From Promethearchaeota archaeon (GTDB taxonomy: Archaea > Asgardarchaeota > Lokiarchaeia > Sigyniarchaeales > SOKP01): DNA of 64,000 nt. The notes below the pieces were generated by a model. The model searched no databases and was not told the DNA's origin. It saw only the letters and a program-made list of their open reading frames with translations. The stretch is from NCBI GenBank assembly GCA_019057865.1, contig JAHLWP010000009.1, forward strand, positions 1-64,000. The letters run 5' to 3'. The first letter of the stretch is position 1, and the number at the start of each line of letters is the position of its first letter. The position numbers and the translations under genes were made by a program. This document shows, piece after piece, positions 10,023 through 19,576 of this stretch.

Positions 10023-10361
10023 TTATTCATTATATATTTCATTGATTTTTGCTCCCATTATAAAATCATTAAGATGGAGTCCTTTGATTGCGTGTGTATG
10101 GAGTTCTAACACGACTTTATCATAATATATGTAGAAATCTGGATGATGGCCCTCTTCTTCAGCAAGATCCGCGACTTTATTCACAAATTTCATAGCTTCC
10201 TTGAAATCTTTGAAGTAGAACTCCTTTTTAATTCGATGAATTCCTTCACTCATAAGTGACCATCCCTCTATTTCTTTAATATATTTATTTTCTTTTTTTT
10301 CAGTTAGAGGGGGTATCCCACCTTCACACGGCACACATTTATTTTTTAGTAAATCGGGAAT
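10023..10361 (-). CDS. Pterin-4-alpha-carbinolamine dehydratase
   Basis: CVPCEGG, EGHHPD, THAIKGL and NDFI motifs. Probable ATT start at 10361 after GGTGA. Confidence 0.9.
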   Translation of the reverse strand: MPDLLKNKCVPCEGGIPPLTEKKENKYIKEIEGWSLMSEGIHRIKKEFYFKDFKEAMKFVNKVADLAEEEGHHPDFYIYYDKVVLELHTHAIKGLHLNDFIMGAKINEIYNE

Positions 10362-10640
10362 AGTATTTCACCAAATCAAAATATCTTATAAGGTCAAAAC
10401 AATTTCAAACTTATAAATGCTCTTATAATGGAATAAAAACATTAATAAGGAATTAACTTATTGAACATAAAGAAATTAAAGAAATTTTGAAATCTTTCAA
10501 ATCTCCTTAAAATTAGCAAAGATAATCAATTTCAACAAATTAATTAACTTTATTTTTATAGATATTAGATTTTTAAACCCAAAGCGATTAATAATTACTG
10601 AAGGAATTATTTATCATAACTTTTAAAGTTTAATTCATGA

Positions 10641-11333
10641 ATGATTATGGAAAAAGTGAACGATATGAATGATCTTGAGAAAATTGTAAGGGATAGATTA
10701 ACTTGGGATGAGAGGATAGACGAATCTCAAATTGAAGTTTCTGTAAATGATGGTATTGCTATATTAAAGGGATGTGTTTCAACTTATCCTGAAAAAGTAT
10801 TAGCTGAAATTGAAACACAAATGGTGACTGAAATAAAATCGGTAGTTAATGATATTGAAGTAAAATTTCCTGGTTCCTATGAGATGCCATCGGATCAAGA
10901 TGTAAAGGAGGCTATGTTTTGTCTATTAGATGCAAATTCAGAGATAGATTCCAATGATGTTCAAGTATCCATTAATGATGGCAATGTTATTTTAGAGGGA
11001 ACTGTGAATTCATATTGGAAAAGCGAAAAGATCCGAAAAATGGCTTCTCAAATCTCTGGTGTTGTTTCAGTTAAGAATAAAATTTCAATCATACCTGAAG
11101 TAAAGATCTCTGATGAAGATATTACTAATCTTATAATTACATCAATGCAAAACTCTGTTCATATTGATGCTCAAAAGGTTAATGTGAAAGTTAAGGATGG
11201 CATTGTCACTTTATCCGGAACACTATCTTCAATGAATGAATATGACGCAGTTAAAAAAATCGTCGAATTCACTAAAGGAGTTATTGACATTAAAAATAAT
11301 TTGAAATGGGTCCTTAGGTATCAAACAACTTAA
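10641..11333 (+). CDS. Triple BON-domain protein (OsmY-like)
   Basis: Three V.V.DG.V.L.G.V repeats ending in V.N.I. Confidence 0.85.
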   Translation: MIMEKVNDMNDLEKIVRDRLTWDERIDESQIEVSVNDGIAILKGCVSTYPEKVLAEIETQMVTEIKSVVNDIEVKFPGSYEMPSDQDVKEAMFCLLDANSEIDSNDVQVSINDGNVILEGTVNSYWKSEKIRKMASQISGVVSVKNKISIIPEVKISDEDITNLIITSMQNSVHIDAQKVNVKVKDGIVTLSGTLSSMNEYDAVKKIVEFTKGVIDIKNNLKWVLRYQTT

Positions 11334-11634
11334 TTACCACTATAATTAACTTCTGACTTCAGTAATTTTGATAGAATAACTAAACTAATCTGGAAAGAAC
11401 TTTTAAAACTTTTTAATAAAAGTTAAAGAAGATCAATTGATGTATAATCAGCTTGGATAGATTTTGATATACCAAAAAAACCAGGTTTATGGATAAGTTA
11501 TATTATTAGTGGATTAGTAAGTAATTAAATGACATATTAAATTTATTTGAGATTACTCACAAAGGAGATTATTCGAGCTATTAATGAATCACATTCTGAA
11601 GATGTTTACCATATTGCAATTGCTATAATCAATT

Positions 11635-11973
11635 CTAATTATTTTCTGATATTTTTTCAATAACAGATTTTAATTCAGGTAATCTTTGTTTAATAGTCAT
11701 CCAGACTAATTTTAAATCAACTTCAGAATAAGCATGAATTAACTTATCTCTCATTCCCGCAATTTCTTTCCAGGGTATTTGCGAATGTTGATTTTTCATA
11801 TCTTCAGGAAGATTCTTAGTTGCTTCTCCAATTATTTCAAATTTTCGAATAACTGCACTCGAAGTTTTATCATCATTTTTAAATTCTTCAAAGGTCATTC
11901 CTTCTACAAAAATTTCTATGCTATTTATTGCTTCTCTAATATCATTTAAGTAAATTGTAAAATTTTTAGACAT
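11635..11973 (-). CDS. hepT: HEPN (DUF86) RNase toxin, HepT-like
   Basis: EIIGEA, IPWKEI and RDKLIHAY (RX4HXY). Confidence 0.9.
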   Translation of the reverse strand: MSKNFTIYLNDIREAINSIEIFVEGMTFEEFKNDDKTSSAVIRKFEIIGEATKNLPEDMKNQHSQIPWKEIAGMRDKLIHAYSEVDLKLVWMTIKQRLPELKSVIEKISENN

Positions 11974-12262
11974 ATATTACCTCTTGAAGAATTTGTTCCC
12001 TTAATTCTTTTTTCAATGTAGGTTTTGATATCACATCAACCTTTCTATTAAAATGATCTTCTAAAAAGAGGGATAACCCAATATAATGGAATAAATCAGC
12101 ATCATCTTCAAATTCAATTAAAAAATCGATATCACTTGTCTCTTTTTGCTTATTATTTACATATGACCCGAATAATCCAATTTTTTTCACTTTATAATTT
12201 TTCTTAATTTCTGCTTTTAGTTTTTTAAGCATTTTGAGAATTTCTTCTTTGTCGTGTACCAT
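11966..12262 (-). CDS. mntA: Minimal nucleotidyltransferase antitoxin
   Basis: FGSYV...SDIDFL and KVDV. Confidence 0.9.
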   Translation of the reverse strand: MVHDKEEILKMLKKLKAEIKKNYKVKKIGLFGSYVNNKQKETSDIDFLIEFEDDADLFHYIGLSLFLEDHFNRKVDVISKPTLKKELREQILQEVIYV

Positions 12263-12324
12263 TTTTATAACCTTTTTTAAAAACTCCTTTTCTCAAGAAA
12301 AGAATTCAAGAGCATAAATTAATA

Positions 12325-12410
12325 CTCTTTATAGAAATATTATCAATTAGAATTAATAAATAAAATGGAGATAATATTTATTGTTTTATTTGTTTGTGAG
12401 TCCTTAAAAA
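12325..12410. repeat. About 85-bp non-coding direct repeat upstream of a TA operon (partner at 13381-13465)
   Basis: CTCTTTAT.GAA.TATTATC...AGAATTAATAAATAAAATGGAGATAA...GTTTTATTTGTTTGTGAGT.CTTAAAA. Confidence 0.8.
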
Positions 12411-12447
12411 TAGAGGTTTGAAAATTAATTGTTTGATTTGAGTTTTC

Positions 12448-12481
12448 AAAAAATGGACTCCTAATATCTTATATTATCTCA
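12448..12481. repeat. About 33-bp non-coding repeat (partner at 21027-21059)
   Basis: AAAAATGGACTCCTAAT(A/G)TCTTATATTATCTCA. Confidence 0.8.
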
Positions 12482-12518
12482 GTTAAACATATTACATAAT
12501 TTTTTAAGTGCTCCAAAT

Positions 12519-12944
12519 TTATGATTGGAGATATTTTTTTCTTTGTTCTAATAATTCTATCTTCTCTTGAATACTCTTAAAACGATTGGATTCAATTCTG
12601 TGAATCATATCTTTCCAAATTGAACGGTAATGATAAAAATATTCTGATATTTCAAGAGGATTTCCAAAAACAACTTGATAGTTCTCAATGACCTCAATTT
12701 TTAAGCTTAATGATAGTAATTCAAAGATTTTTATGTCATAAGTCTCAGGGAATTCCCCCCAAAAATTTTTCCAAATTGATATATTTGATTCTTTATTTCT
12801 TTTTTGGGTAATAATTGCAATATCGATATCAGATTTATGAGGAATATAATAATCAGAAAGATAACTCCCATAAATTACTACCCAGTATTTATCCAGCTTT
12901 TTTAAATCTTTTTTAACTTTATTTAGATCATTAGAGTTTTTCAT
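12519..12944 (-). CDS. Minimal nucleotidyltransferase (long form)
   Basis: YGSYL...SDIDIAI and YDIKIF. Confidence 0.85.
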   Translation of the reverse strand: MKNSNDLNKVKKDLKKLDKYWVVIYGSYLSDYYIPHKSDIDIAIITQKRNKESNISIWKNFWGEFPETYDIKIFELLSLSLKIEVIENYQVVFGNPLEISEYFYHYRSIWKDMIHRIESNRFKSIQEKIELLEQRKKYLQS

Positions 12945-13332
12945 TAATTACTTTCTCCACTTCCTTTACAAATTTTTTAAGAATATCCGCAAAATTATTT
13001 TTTTCTTGAATAATTCTTTCTTCTTCAATTTTATTATATCTATGTACCAGTACATTTCTTAAACCATTCAAACGGCGTAAATCTTTTAATAAATCCATCT
13101 GGAATATATTAAGGCTCTCTAACTCATCAATATTCGAATAATCGTCCCGAACTGTTATACCCAAATCTTTGCACAACATTGCAACTATATCCATTGCAGC
13201 ATCAATAGAAATTTGTAGGCGGTAGAATAATGCATCAATGTAAAAAATATTTTCTTCAATATTATCAGGTAATAAAGAAATCTTATCAATTATAAATTCT
13301 AGTTTTCGGCTATATTGATCCTTTCGTTTCAT
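12931..13332 (-). CDS. HEPN (DUF86) toxin
   Basis: GLRNVLVHRY (RX4HXY). Confidence 0.9.
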   Translation of the reverse strand: MKRKDQYSRKLEFIIDKISLLPDNIEENIFYIDALFYRLQISIDAAMDIVAMLCKDLGITVRDDYSNIDELESLNIFQMDLLKDLRRLNGLRNVLVHRYNKIEEERIIQEKNNFADILKKFVKEVEKVINEKL

Positions 13333-13380
13333 ATTAAATCATATAATCTGGAGATAAATTATGAATCATATAAATTCTAG

Positions 13381-13465
13381 CTCTTTATTGAATTATTATC
13401 TACAAGAATTAATAAATAAAATGGAGATAAGATTTATGGTTTTATTTGTTTGTGAGTACTTAAAA
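13381..13465. repeat. Second copy of the 85-bp TA-upstream repeat
   Basis: Matches 12325-12410. Confidence 0.8.
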
Positions 13466-13588
13466 GTATACTTTTGATAATTGAGATTTATTGTTATTTA
13501 AATTTTTACATTTAAGTATTTTACTTTAAAAAAAAGGGTCTAAAAGAGGTCCCAAAGATAAAAAAAAAAAGAGATGATAAAATAATTA

Positions 13589-15658
13589 TTATCTTGTTAT
13601 TTCGTATGTGTAATCTGCAGGACCTACAGTAGGACTGACTATCACTATCAAATAACCATCCTCATGTATATAGCCACTCAAATCTAATGAACCAAACTCA
13701 TTAACATCATCAAGTGATAATTCAAATACATCATTGTAAGATGGAATTTCGTTAATGACAGTAACATCAACTATAGATACAACAAAGTCGGTTTCAGGTA
13801 GAGGAGGAGTGGTGAATACAACCATATCATCAGCGTTATCAATTAATACGTCATTAATTTTGATGTTATCCACCCACCAGCCTGGATTTTCTGTTCCCCA
13901 ATCTGTCATATATCTAAAGCTTAAACGAACTGTTTGTCCTGCATAACGGGTAAGATTAAAATGCATAGTATCCCAGCCAAATGACCCCGTTAATCCTGGT
14001 AAGTTCTCTACAATCGCAGGATATGCGTCAGGATCATGATCCATTGTTGTATACTCATTTTCTAATGATGTCCAGGTTTCTCCATTGTCATCAGATATTT
14101 GAACAAATCCATAATCCCAAAGTTCTTCAATGTCGTAATATGTTTCAAATGATAAAGTGGCAGTACCAGTAGGTACATTAATAACTGTGTTCATTGAAAG
14201 ATCCTTTTCTGGTCCGGCACTTGTAGAGTACCACTCAAGATCTCCGTCACCATCTTGATCTACTCTTGTCCATATAGGAGGATTTGCAACGTCATTGCCA
14301 TCAAAAATAAATTCTTGGCTCATTGATTCACTTAATCCACTTAACATAAAGTAATCTGTACCATAAGATCCTACTAAATAAACTTCGGTATTTTTATGTA
14401 ATATGGTTTTTGTTTGACCAAAATCGGCTCCTGTTTTTGGAGGAATCCATGGTCTCTTAACATCATAAACTCTAATTGGGTCTGCATCTTCACATCCTAA
14501 ATCAATCGTAAGATAGTTGTATTTTCCATTTCCAATTTCATTTGTATGTAGAAGATTTGCAAGTGTCCAATCATAAAAAACTTCTTCAAAGGATTCAGTG
14601 GCTCCAAAATTTTCAAGAGCATTGTTAATCCCTTCTATCCCTGGAATTCCTGTTTGAACAAAATACGAGATAAAGTCAACACCACCGTAATGATCACTTA
14701 AATATTTTGACCAAAGTAATCCTTGTCCATAATCAGCTAAGATATTAATATTCCCTTGATCTCCCCATACTGTTAATGAATTATCTGGAGTAGCTAGAAA
14801 ACTATTAATAGATCCCCAATCAATAGGGTATCCACATAATGGTTCTGCATACATTGAGCATCCTTCATTCATGAAAGTATCATCTTCTGGATTATAATCA
14901 TCATGAATGAGATGTTGATATTCGTGAGCCACAGTAGCTTCATAAAGGTTTGGTCTAGCAGCATCATCACCTACTCGGTTTTCCCAATCAGCACTATCAA
15001 TCGAAATGATATTCCTGTCAAATTGCCTTTCAAAATAGGACCAGTAGAATCCTACAATGTAATAAGGATAACTTCTAACATAATACGCCGTATCTCTAAT
15101 ATTGGAAACCAGGATTACTGTTCTTCCACTTTCATCTTCATATGTTCCTTCTGGAACCACTCCGTCTATTACTAGTTGAGAGTTGCTTCCATCATGAAAA
15201 TCAGGGACTCCAAAGTAATCATTACAAATTGGAGCTATATCATTCTCGAATTCTTCCAACATATAATTCACTTGTTCATCTGTTATTACTGGGACATCTC
15301 TACCATCTGGATAAGCCATATCGACTTGAACCCAAAGTTCTGCAACCATACCGATTGCTCTTAATTCAAAAGTATCAAAAAAAGACTCTCCATTATAATC
15401 GTCAAGTATCAACCAGTCCAATGGGTCACCAACTACATAGTAGTCAGATTGAGCCGTTTTTAATCTTGGTGTCATTTCTTTTTGAGAAAATGACCCTGTT
15501 ATGGGTAATTCTTTTGTTCTTAATTCAGGACCAATATCAATAGGGATTAAATCTATGGATTCTGTATTAGAAGCTAAGGTAAATCCAAATATGAGGCCTA
15601 TTGATATAGGGAGAATTAAAAGTATTAATATTGTTGAAATTTTAGTAGATTTTTTCAT
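13589..15658 (-). CDS. Secreted or anchored zinc metalloprotease (M30/immune inhibitor A-like)
   Basis: N-terminal hydrophobic segment; AHEYQH plus NEG; C-terminal WDYGFVQIS...FRYMTD...GWWVDNI beta domain. Confidence 0.8.
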   Translation of the reverse strand: MKKSTKISTILILLILPISIGLIFGFTLASNTESIDLIPIDIGPELRTKELPITGSFSQKEMTPRLKTAQSDYYVVGDPLDWLILDDYNGESFFDTFELRAIGMVAELWVQVDMAYPDGRDVPVITDEQVNYMLEEFENDIAPICNDYFGVPDFHDGSNSQLVIDGVVPEGTYEDESGRTVILVSNIRDTAYYVRSYPYYIVGFYWSYFERQFDRNIISIDSADWENRVGDDAARPNLYEATVAHEYQHLIHDDYNPEDDTFMNEGCSMYAEPLCGYPIDWGSINSFLATPDNSLTVWGDQGNINILADYGQGLLWSKYLSDHYGGVDFISYFVQTGIPGIEGINNALENFGATESFEEVFYDWTLANLLHTNEIGNGKYNYLTIDLGCEDADPIRVYDVKRPWIPPKTGADFGQTKTILHKNTEVYLVGSYGTDYFMLSGLSESMSQEFIFDGNDVANPPIWTRVDQDGDGDLEWYSTSAGPEKDLSMNTVINVPTGTATLSFETYYDIEELWDYGFVQISDDNGETWTSLENEYTTMDHDPDAYPAIVENLPGLTGSFGWDTMHFNLTRYAGQTVRLSFRYMTDWGTENPGWWVDNIKINDVLIDNADDMVVFTTPPLPETDFVVSIVDVTVINEIPSYNDVFELSLDDVNEFGSLDLSGYIHEDGYLIVIVSPTVGPADYTYEITR

Positions 15659-15943
15659 TTTTTTAACCTTTCAAAAATGTGTGGTTAAAAGAAATTCGAT
15701 TGAGATAAAAAGAAATGAGGTATATTTCTTCCCAATTGACAAAAGATTAAAAAATTAAAACCATATTTTTAATAGTCCTTTTTTCACTCCTATGATATTT
15801 AATTCGTTTTCCAAATATATGTATGGTTTCATGGGCTTTGAGGAGTCAAAAGCTGCAATTATTGGATCTATTACAAACGTTAATAATTAATTTAAAGAAA
15901 AAATCCTTGAAGTTTTTCGATTTCCGAATCAAAGTGATATTTT

Positions 15944-16204
15944 TTAAATTAAAAACCATTTTTTTTTATTGAATGAACCTAGCCGCGATATTGTTATATT
16001 TGGTTTTATTTGCGAATGTTGATTTTTCATATCTTCAGGAAGATTCTTAGTTGCTTCTCCAATTATTTCAAATTTTCGAATAACTGCACTCGAAGTTTTA
16101 TCATCATTTTTAAATTCTTCAAAGGTCATTCCTTCTACAAAAATTTCTATGCTATTTATTGCTTCTCTAATATCATTTAAGTAAATTGTAAAATTTTTAG
16201 ACAT
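15944..16204 (-). pseudogene. Truncated duplicate of the HEPN toxin 11635-11973
   Basis: Identical up to HSQI, then unrelated sequence; RX4H motif lost. Confidence 0.85.
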
Positions 16205-16530
16205 ATATTACCTCTTGAAGAATTTGTTCCCTTAATTCTTTTTTCAATGTAGGTTTTGATATCACATCAACCTTTCTATTAAAATGATCTTCTAAAAAGA
16301 GGGATAACCCAATATAATGGAATAAATCAGCATCATCTTCAAATTCAATTAAAAAATCGATATCACTTGTCTCTTTTTGCTTATTATTTACATATGAGCC
16401 GAATAATCCAATACTATTTACTTTATATTTTTTCTTGATTTCAGCCTTTAGTTTTTTAAGCATTTTGAGAATTTCTTCTTTACCCTTTACCATTTTTAAG
16501 ACCTTTTTTAAACAATCCTTTTCTCAAGAA
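16007..16530. repeat. Near-identical duplication of 11776-12299 (MNT plus 5' part of HEPN)
   Basis: Direct comparison; differences cluster in the MNT 5' part. Confidence 0.9.
16197..16493 (-). CDS. mntA: Minimal nucleotidyltransferase antitoxin (duplicate)
   Basis: Nearly identical to 11966-12262. Confidence 0.9.
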   Translation of the reverse strand: MVKGKEEILKMLKKLKAEIKKKYKVNSIGLFGSYVNNKQKETSDIDFLIEFEDDADLFHYIGLSLFLEDHFNRKVDVISKPTLKKELREQILQEVIYV

Positions 16531-16607
16531 ATTCTTTTCTTTCATGGGAAAATTAAAAGAGCCAAAGGTTTTATTAGGATATTTGCTATTGATTGGGTCA
16601 ACTCAAA

Positions 16608-16775
16608 TTATTTTTTAGTTTTAAGTTTTTTTAAATATTGTACTGCTCGATATAAATGTAGTTCAAATAGCATTTCATCCTGCGGAAATTCTTCTTTTAA
16701 TTCTTTAATTAAATCTTCCTTTTGCTCCTTTGATAATTCCAAATCTTTTAAGAGCATTTCTATATCATATAACAT
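16608..16775 (-). CDS. 55-aa putative antitoxin, absent from the ORF track
   Basis: MLYDIEMLLKDLELSKEQKEDLIKELKEEFPQDEMLFELHLYRAVQYLKKLKTKK; GAGGTGG RBS at the PIN stop codon. Confidence 0.65.
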   Translation of the reverse strand: MLYDIEMLLKDLELSKEQKEDLIKELKEEFPQDEMLFELHLYRAVQYLKKLKTKK

Positions 16776-16786
16776 ATTATCCACCT

Positions 16787-17239
16787 CTATAATTCTGGGG
16801 GTGCAAGTATTTCAATAGATTTATAGCCTTCCTTTAAATTAATCAAATTGACTCCTATTCGAGTCTTTCTTTTAACAAGATGTTTAAAATTCCAACTAAT
16901 TAGAATATCAAGTGAATAGACAGTTGTTAAAGCAAGTAGAAGAGCGTCATTTTCAAATTTTTCTGGAATAAGTCCCTCTTTTACGTAAATAGATTTCATC
17001 TTATCAACTTCATTTGTAATCTTAATTTTATTTCCTTTTTTTAAGAATTTCTTTAATTTCTTTTTTATTTCTTCATTTTTTACTGCTTCTATTTCTTCGA
17101 CATTTATATTTGAAAAATAAAGCTCAAAATTATCAATACTTTTCCAAAAATCTTCTGTTTGTTTTTGACGTATGGGATCTCTATCATATAACATAGCACT
17201 ATAAACAGAAGTGTCCAAAAGAATTTTTAGTTTTTTCAT
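16787..17239 (-). CDS. PIN-domain protein
   Basis: LLDTSVY, NDALLLA and SWNFKHL motifs. Confidence 0.85.
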   Translation of the reverse strand: MKKLKILLDTSVYSAMLYDRDPIRQKQTEDFWKSIDNFELYFSNINVEEIEAVKNEEIKKKLKKFLKKGNKIKITNEVDKMKSIYVKEGLIPEKFENDALLLALTTVYSLDILISWNFKHLVKRKTRIGVNLINLKEGYKSIEILAPPEL

Positions 17240-17757
17240 TTAAAATCCCCACTTTTCTTATTTTCTAAGTATAAATTAAGATGATTCTAAAATATATATG
17301 TTTAAAGTCTCATTTATTTTTTACATAAATTCTCAATTAAATTATTTAGTATTTTCTTGTATTTTTTCATGGAATCTCAAAAAAAGTATATTTTTATTGT
17401 CTCAGATCTTATATAGAGTTCTTTTATCCATATCTCAGTTAAATTCACGATATCTTTAATAAAACTCTTTTCTTTAATGTTAGAGCGATACATTGTATTC
17501 AAATTTTCACAGAAATTAACTTTTGATTTCATATAATTTGATAACTTTTTATTGTTTTAAGATGGTAACCGTTTCATGATGATCTATATTTTGTAGGTTT
17601 ATTGGAGAATAGTATTAATCTTTTATAGAGGAAATTTTCTATTAAAACGTGATGGTTTTGAATATAGAAGCTAATTTAATAAATAAGTTTTTTAAGCTTA
17701 GTTAAGATAATACTAAGTAATGATAAAATAAACATTAGAATAGTCTGGTAAATAAAC

Positions 17758-18045
17758 ATGGTTTCTCAAATTGAAAAGCTTAAAGAAAAAATTTTGGAGA
17801 CATTAAGAGAGCATGAGGTTAAAAGAGCCTCCTTATTTGGATCTATAGTAAGAGAAGAAATGACTGATGAGAGCGATATAGATATATTAATAGAATTTAG
17901 AGGGACTAAAAGCTTATTAGATTTAGCAAGATTAAAAATAGAACTTGAGGAAGTATTAAAACGTAAAGTAGATGTACTGACGTATAATTCTCTCCATCCC
18001 TTATTAAAAGATCAAATTTTAGCTGAACAAGTTGAGATTTTATGA
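17758..18045 (+). CDS. mntA: Minimal nucleotidyltransferase antitoxin
   Basis: FGSIVR...SDIDIL and KVDV. Confidence 0.9.
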   Translation: MVSQIEKLKEKILETLREHEVKRASLFGSIVREEMTDESDIDILIEFRGTKSLLDLARLKIELEEVLKRKVDVLTYNSLHPLLKDQILAEQVEIL

Positions 18046-18380
18046 AAAAAAATGTAAAAATTTTTTTAGAGCACATTCTAGAAGCGATTAATTTAATTGA
18101 AGAGTATATTAAGGACAAGGAGAAATAAGATTTCCTTGAATCTAAGCAATTACAAGATTCTGTAATTAGAAGGATAGAAATTATAGGGGAAGTTATTAAA
18201 AACATCCCTAGTGATTTTAAGGACAGTCATGAAAATATCCCTTGGAAAGAAATAGCGGGAATGAGAGATATTTTAATCCATCAATACTTCGGGGTGGATT
18301 TAGAACTTACGTGGGAAGCTATTAAAGTAGATTTACCAAAATTGAAAAAATCAATTATTTCTATAATAAATGAATCGTAA
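18042..18380 (+). pseudogene. HEPN (DUF86) toxin with in-frame TAA at 18126-18128
   Basis: MKKNVKIFLEHILEAI...KEK*DFLES...EIIGE...IPWKEIAGMRDILIHQY; ATGA overlap with the MNT gene. Confidence 0.85.
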
Positions 18381-18633
18381 AAATTTAGAGGATTTCTAAT
18401 TCTGGACAATGGCAGGTTTATAATCTATAATGGGCGCTATTTTAGAGAGAATTTCTTTGCAAATTGTATAAGTATCAAAATGCAATTTATTTTTCAATTA
18501 AATTCTTGAAAGTTTTATTAATATTAAATAAACGATTTGTATTATTTATCTTAAATATAAAATTCGAAATCTTTAAAGAAAAATAAATGATCTAATTATT
18601 TTTAGTAAAAATTGAGAAAAAAGGTGGTTTAAA

Positions 18634-19479
18634 ATTCCAATATTTAGGAAAGATAATATCGAACTAAATTATATAAAAGAAGGAGAAGGCGAGCCTCTTG
18701 TATTAATTAATGGATATTGTTGTAAATTAGAGAGTTGGAATTTTCAAATATCATTTTTTAAACAAAAAATGACGGTTGTTGCATTTGATAATCGAGGAGA
18801 AGGAAAAAGTTCGAGACCAAATGATCCTTATACCATCGACACCTTCGTGGAGGATATCAAGGATTTATTGGAGTATTTAGACATACAAGAACAAATCCAT
18901 CTATGCGGTTTTAGCAATGGAAGTGCTATTGCTCAGGCATTCGTATTAAAATATCCTGCTTTAGTTAAGACCCTAATCTTATTAGGAACTGCTTCTTATT
19001 TATCTGATATAGAATTTGAACAACAACTTAAAGTTCTAGAAGGGACTTTTAAAAATGCTACTCCAGAAGATATAATCCAACTTACACTTTCTTCTATGTT
19101 CTCATTGTCTTTTAGAAAAAAATTGAAACGAGACAAGGAATTATTTGAATTATACAAAAATGATATGGGTTTAATTACTCAGTTAAAAGATCCTCCCCGA
19201 TATCAAGATTACGTCAATCAATGGAAAGCATTTAAGGGCTTTGATACTCGAGAGTTATTACATACAATTACACAGCCAACTTTGATAATGGTAGGCTCTA
19301 AAGATCAAGGTAATCTGAGAGACTCAAAAGCTATGCATGAAAAAATTCCAAACTCAATTATCGAAGTACTTGAGGATATAGGGCATGGTATCATTATTGA
19401 AGCCGCAGAAAAAACTAATAACATCATGTGGAATTTTTTAAAGGAGCGTTTAAATTTAAAAACTTCAATGCAAATTTAA
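18634..19479 (+). CDS. Alpha/beta hydrolase
   Basis: DNRGEG, GFSNGS, GSKD and GHG motifs. Frame extends up to ATT at 18634 (IPIFRKDNIELNYIKEGEGEP). Confidence 0.85.
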   Translation: MPIFRKDNIELNYIKEGEGEPLVLINGYCCKLESWNFQISFFKQKMTVVAFDNRGEGKSSRPNDPYTIDTFVEDIKDLLEYLDIQEQIHLCGFSNGSAIAQAFVLKYPALVKTLILLGTASYLSDIEFEQQLKVLEGTFKNATPEDIIQLTLSSMFSLSFRKKLKRDKELFELYKNDMGLITQLKDPPRYQDYVNQWKAFKGFDTRELLHTITQPTLIMVGSKDQGNLRDSKAMHEKIPNSIIEVLEDIGHGIIIEAAEKTNNIMWNFLKERLNLKTSMQI

Positions 19480-19576
19480 TAAATATTTGTAAATGTTCAA
19501 CACAATTTCGCGAACTTTTTTTATATATTACATTCTGCTCATTTTCTTTAAAAAAAATAATATTTTTTTATAAAAA

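Noticed and set aside
11430-11634. Plus-strand remnant (IIRAINESHSEDVYHIAIAI) resembling a PIN fragment
   Set aside because: Too short and interrupted to support a call.
13755-15758. Several plus-strand ORFs over the metalloprotease, and similar shadow ORFs elsewhere (33442, 36026, 37925, 50453, 58645)
   Set aside because: Antisense to, or overlapping, well-supported genes or their flanks, with no motifs.
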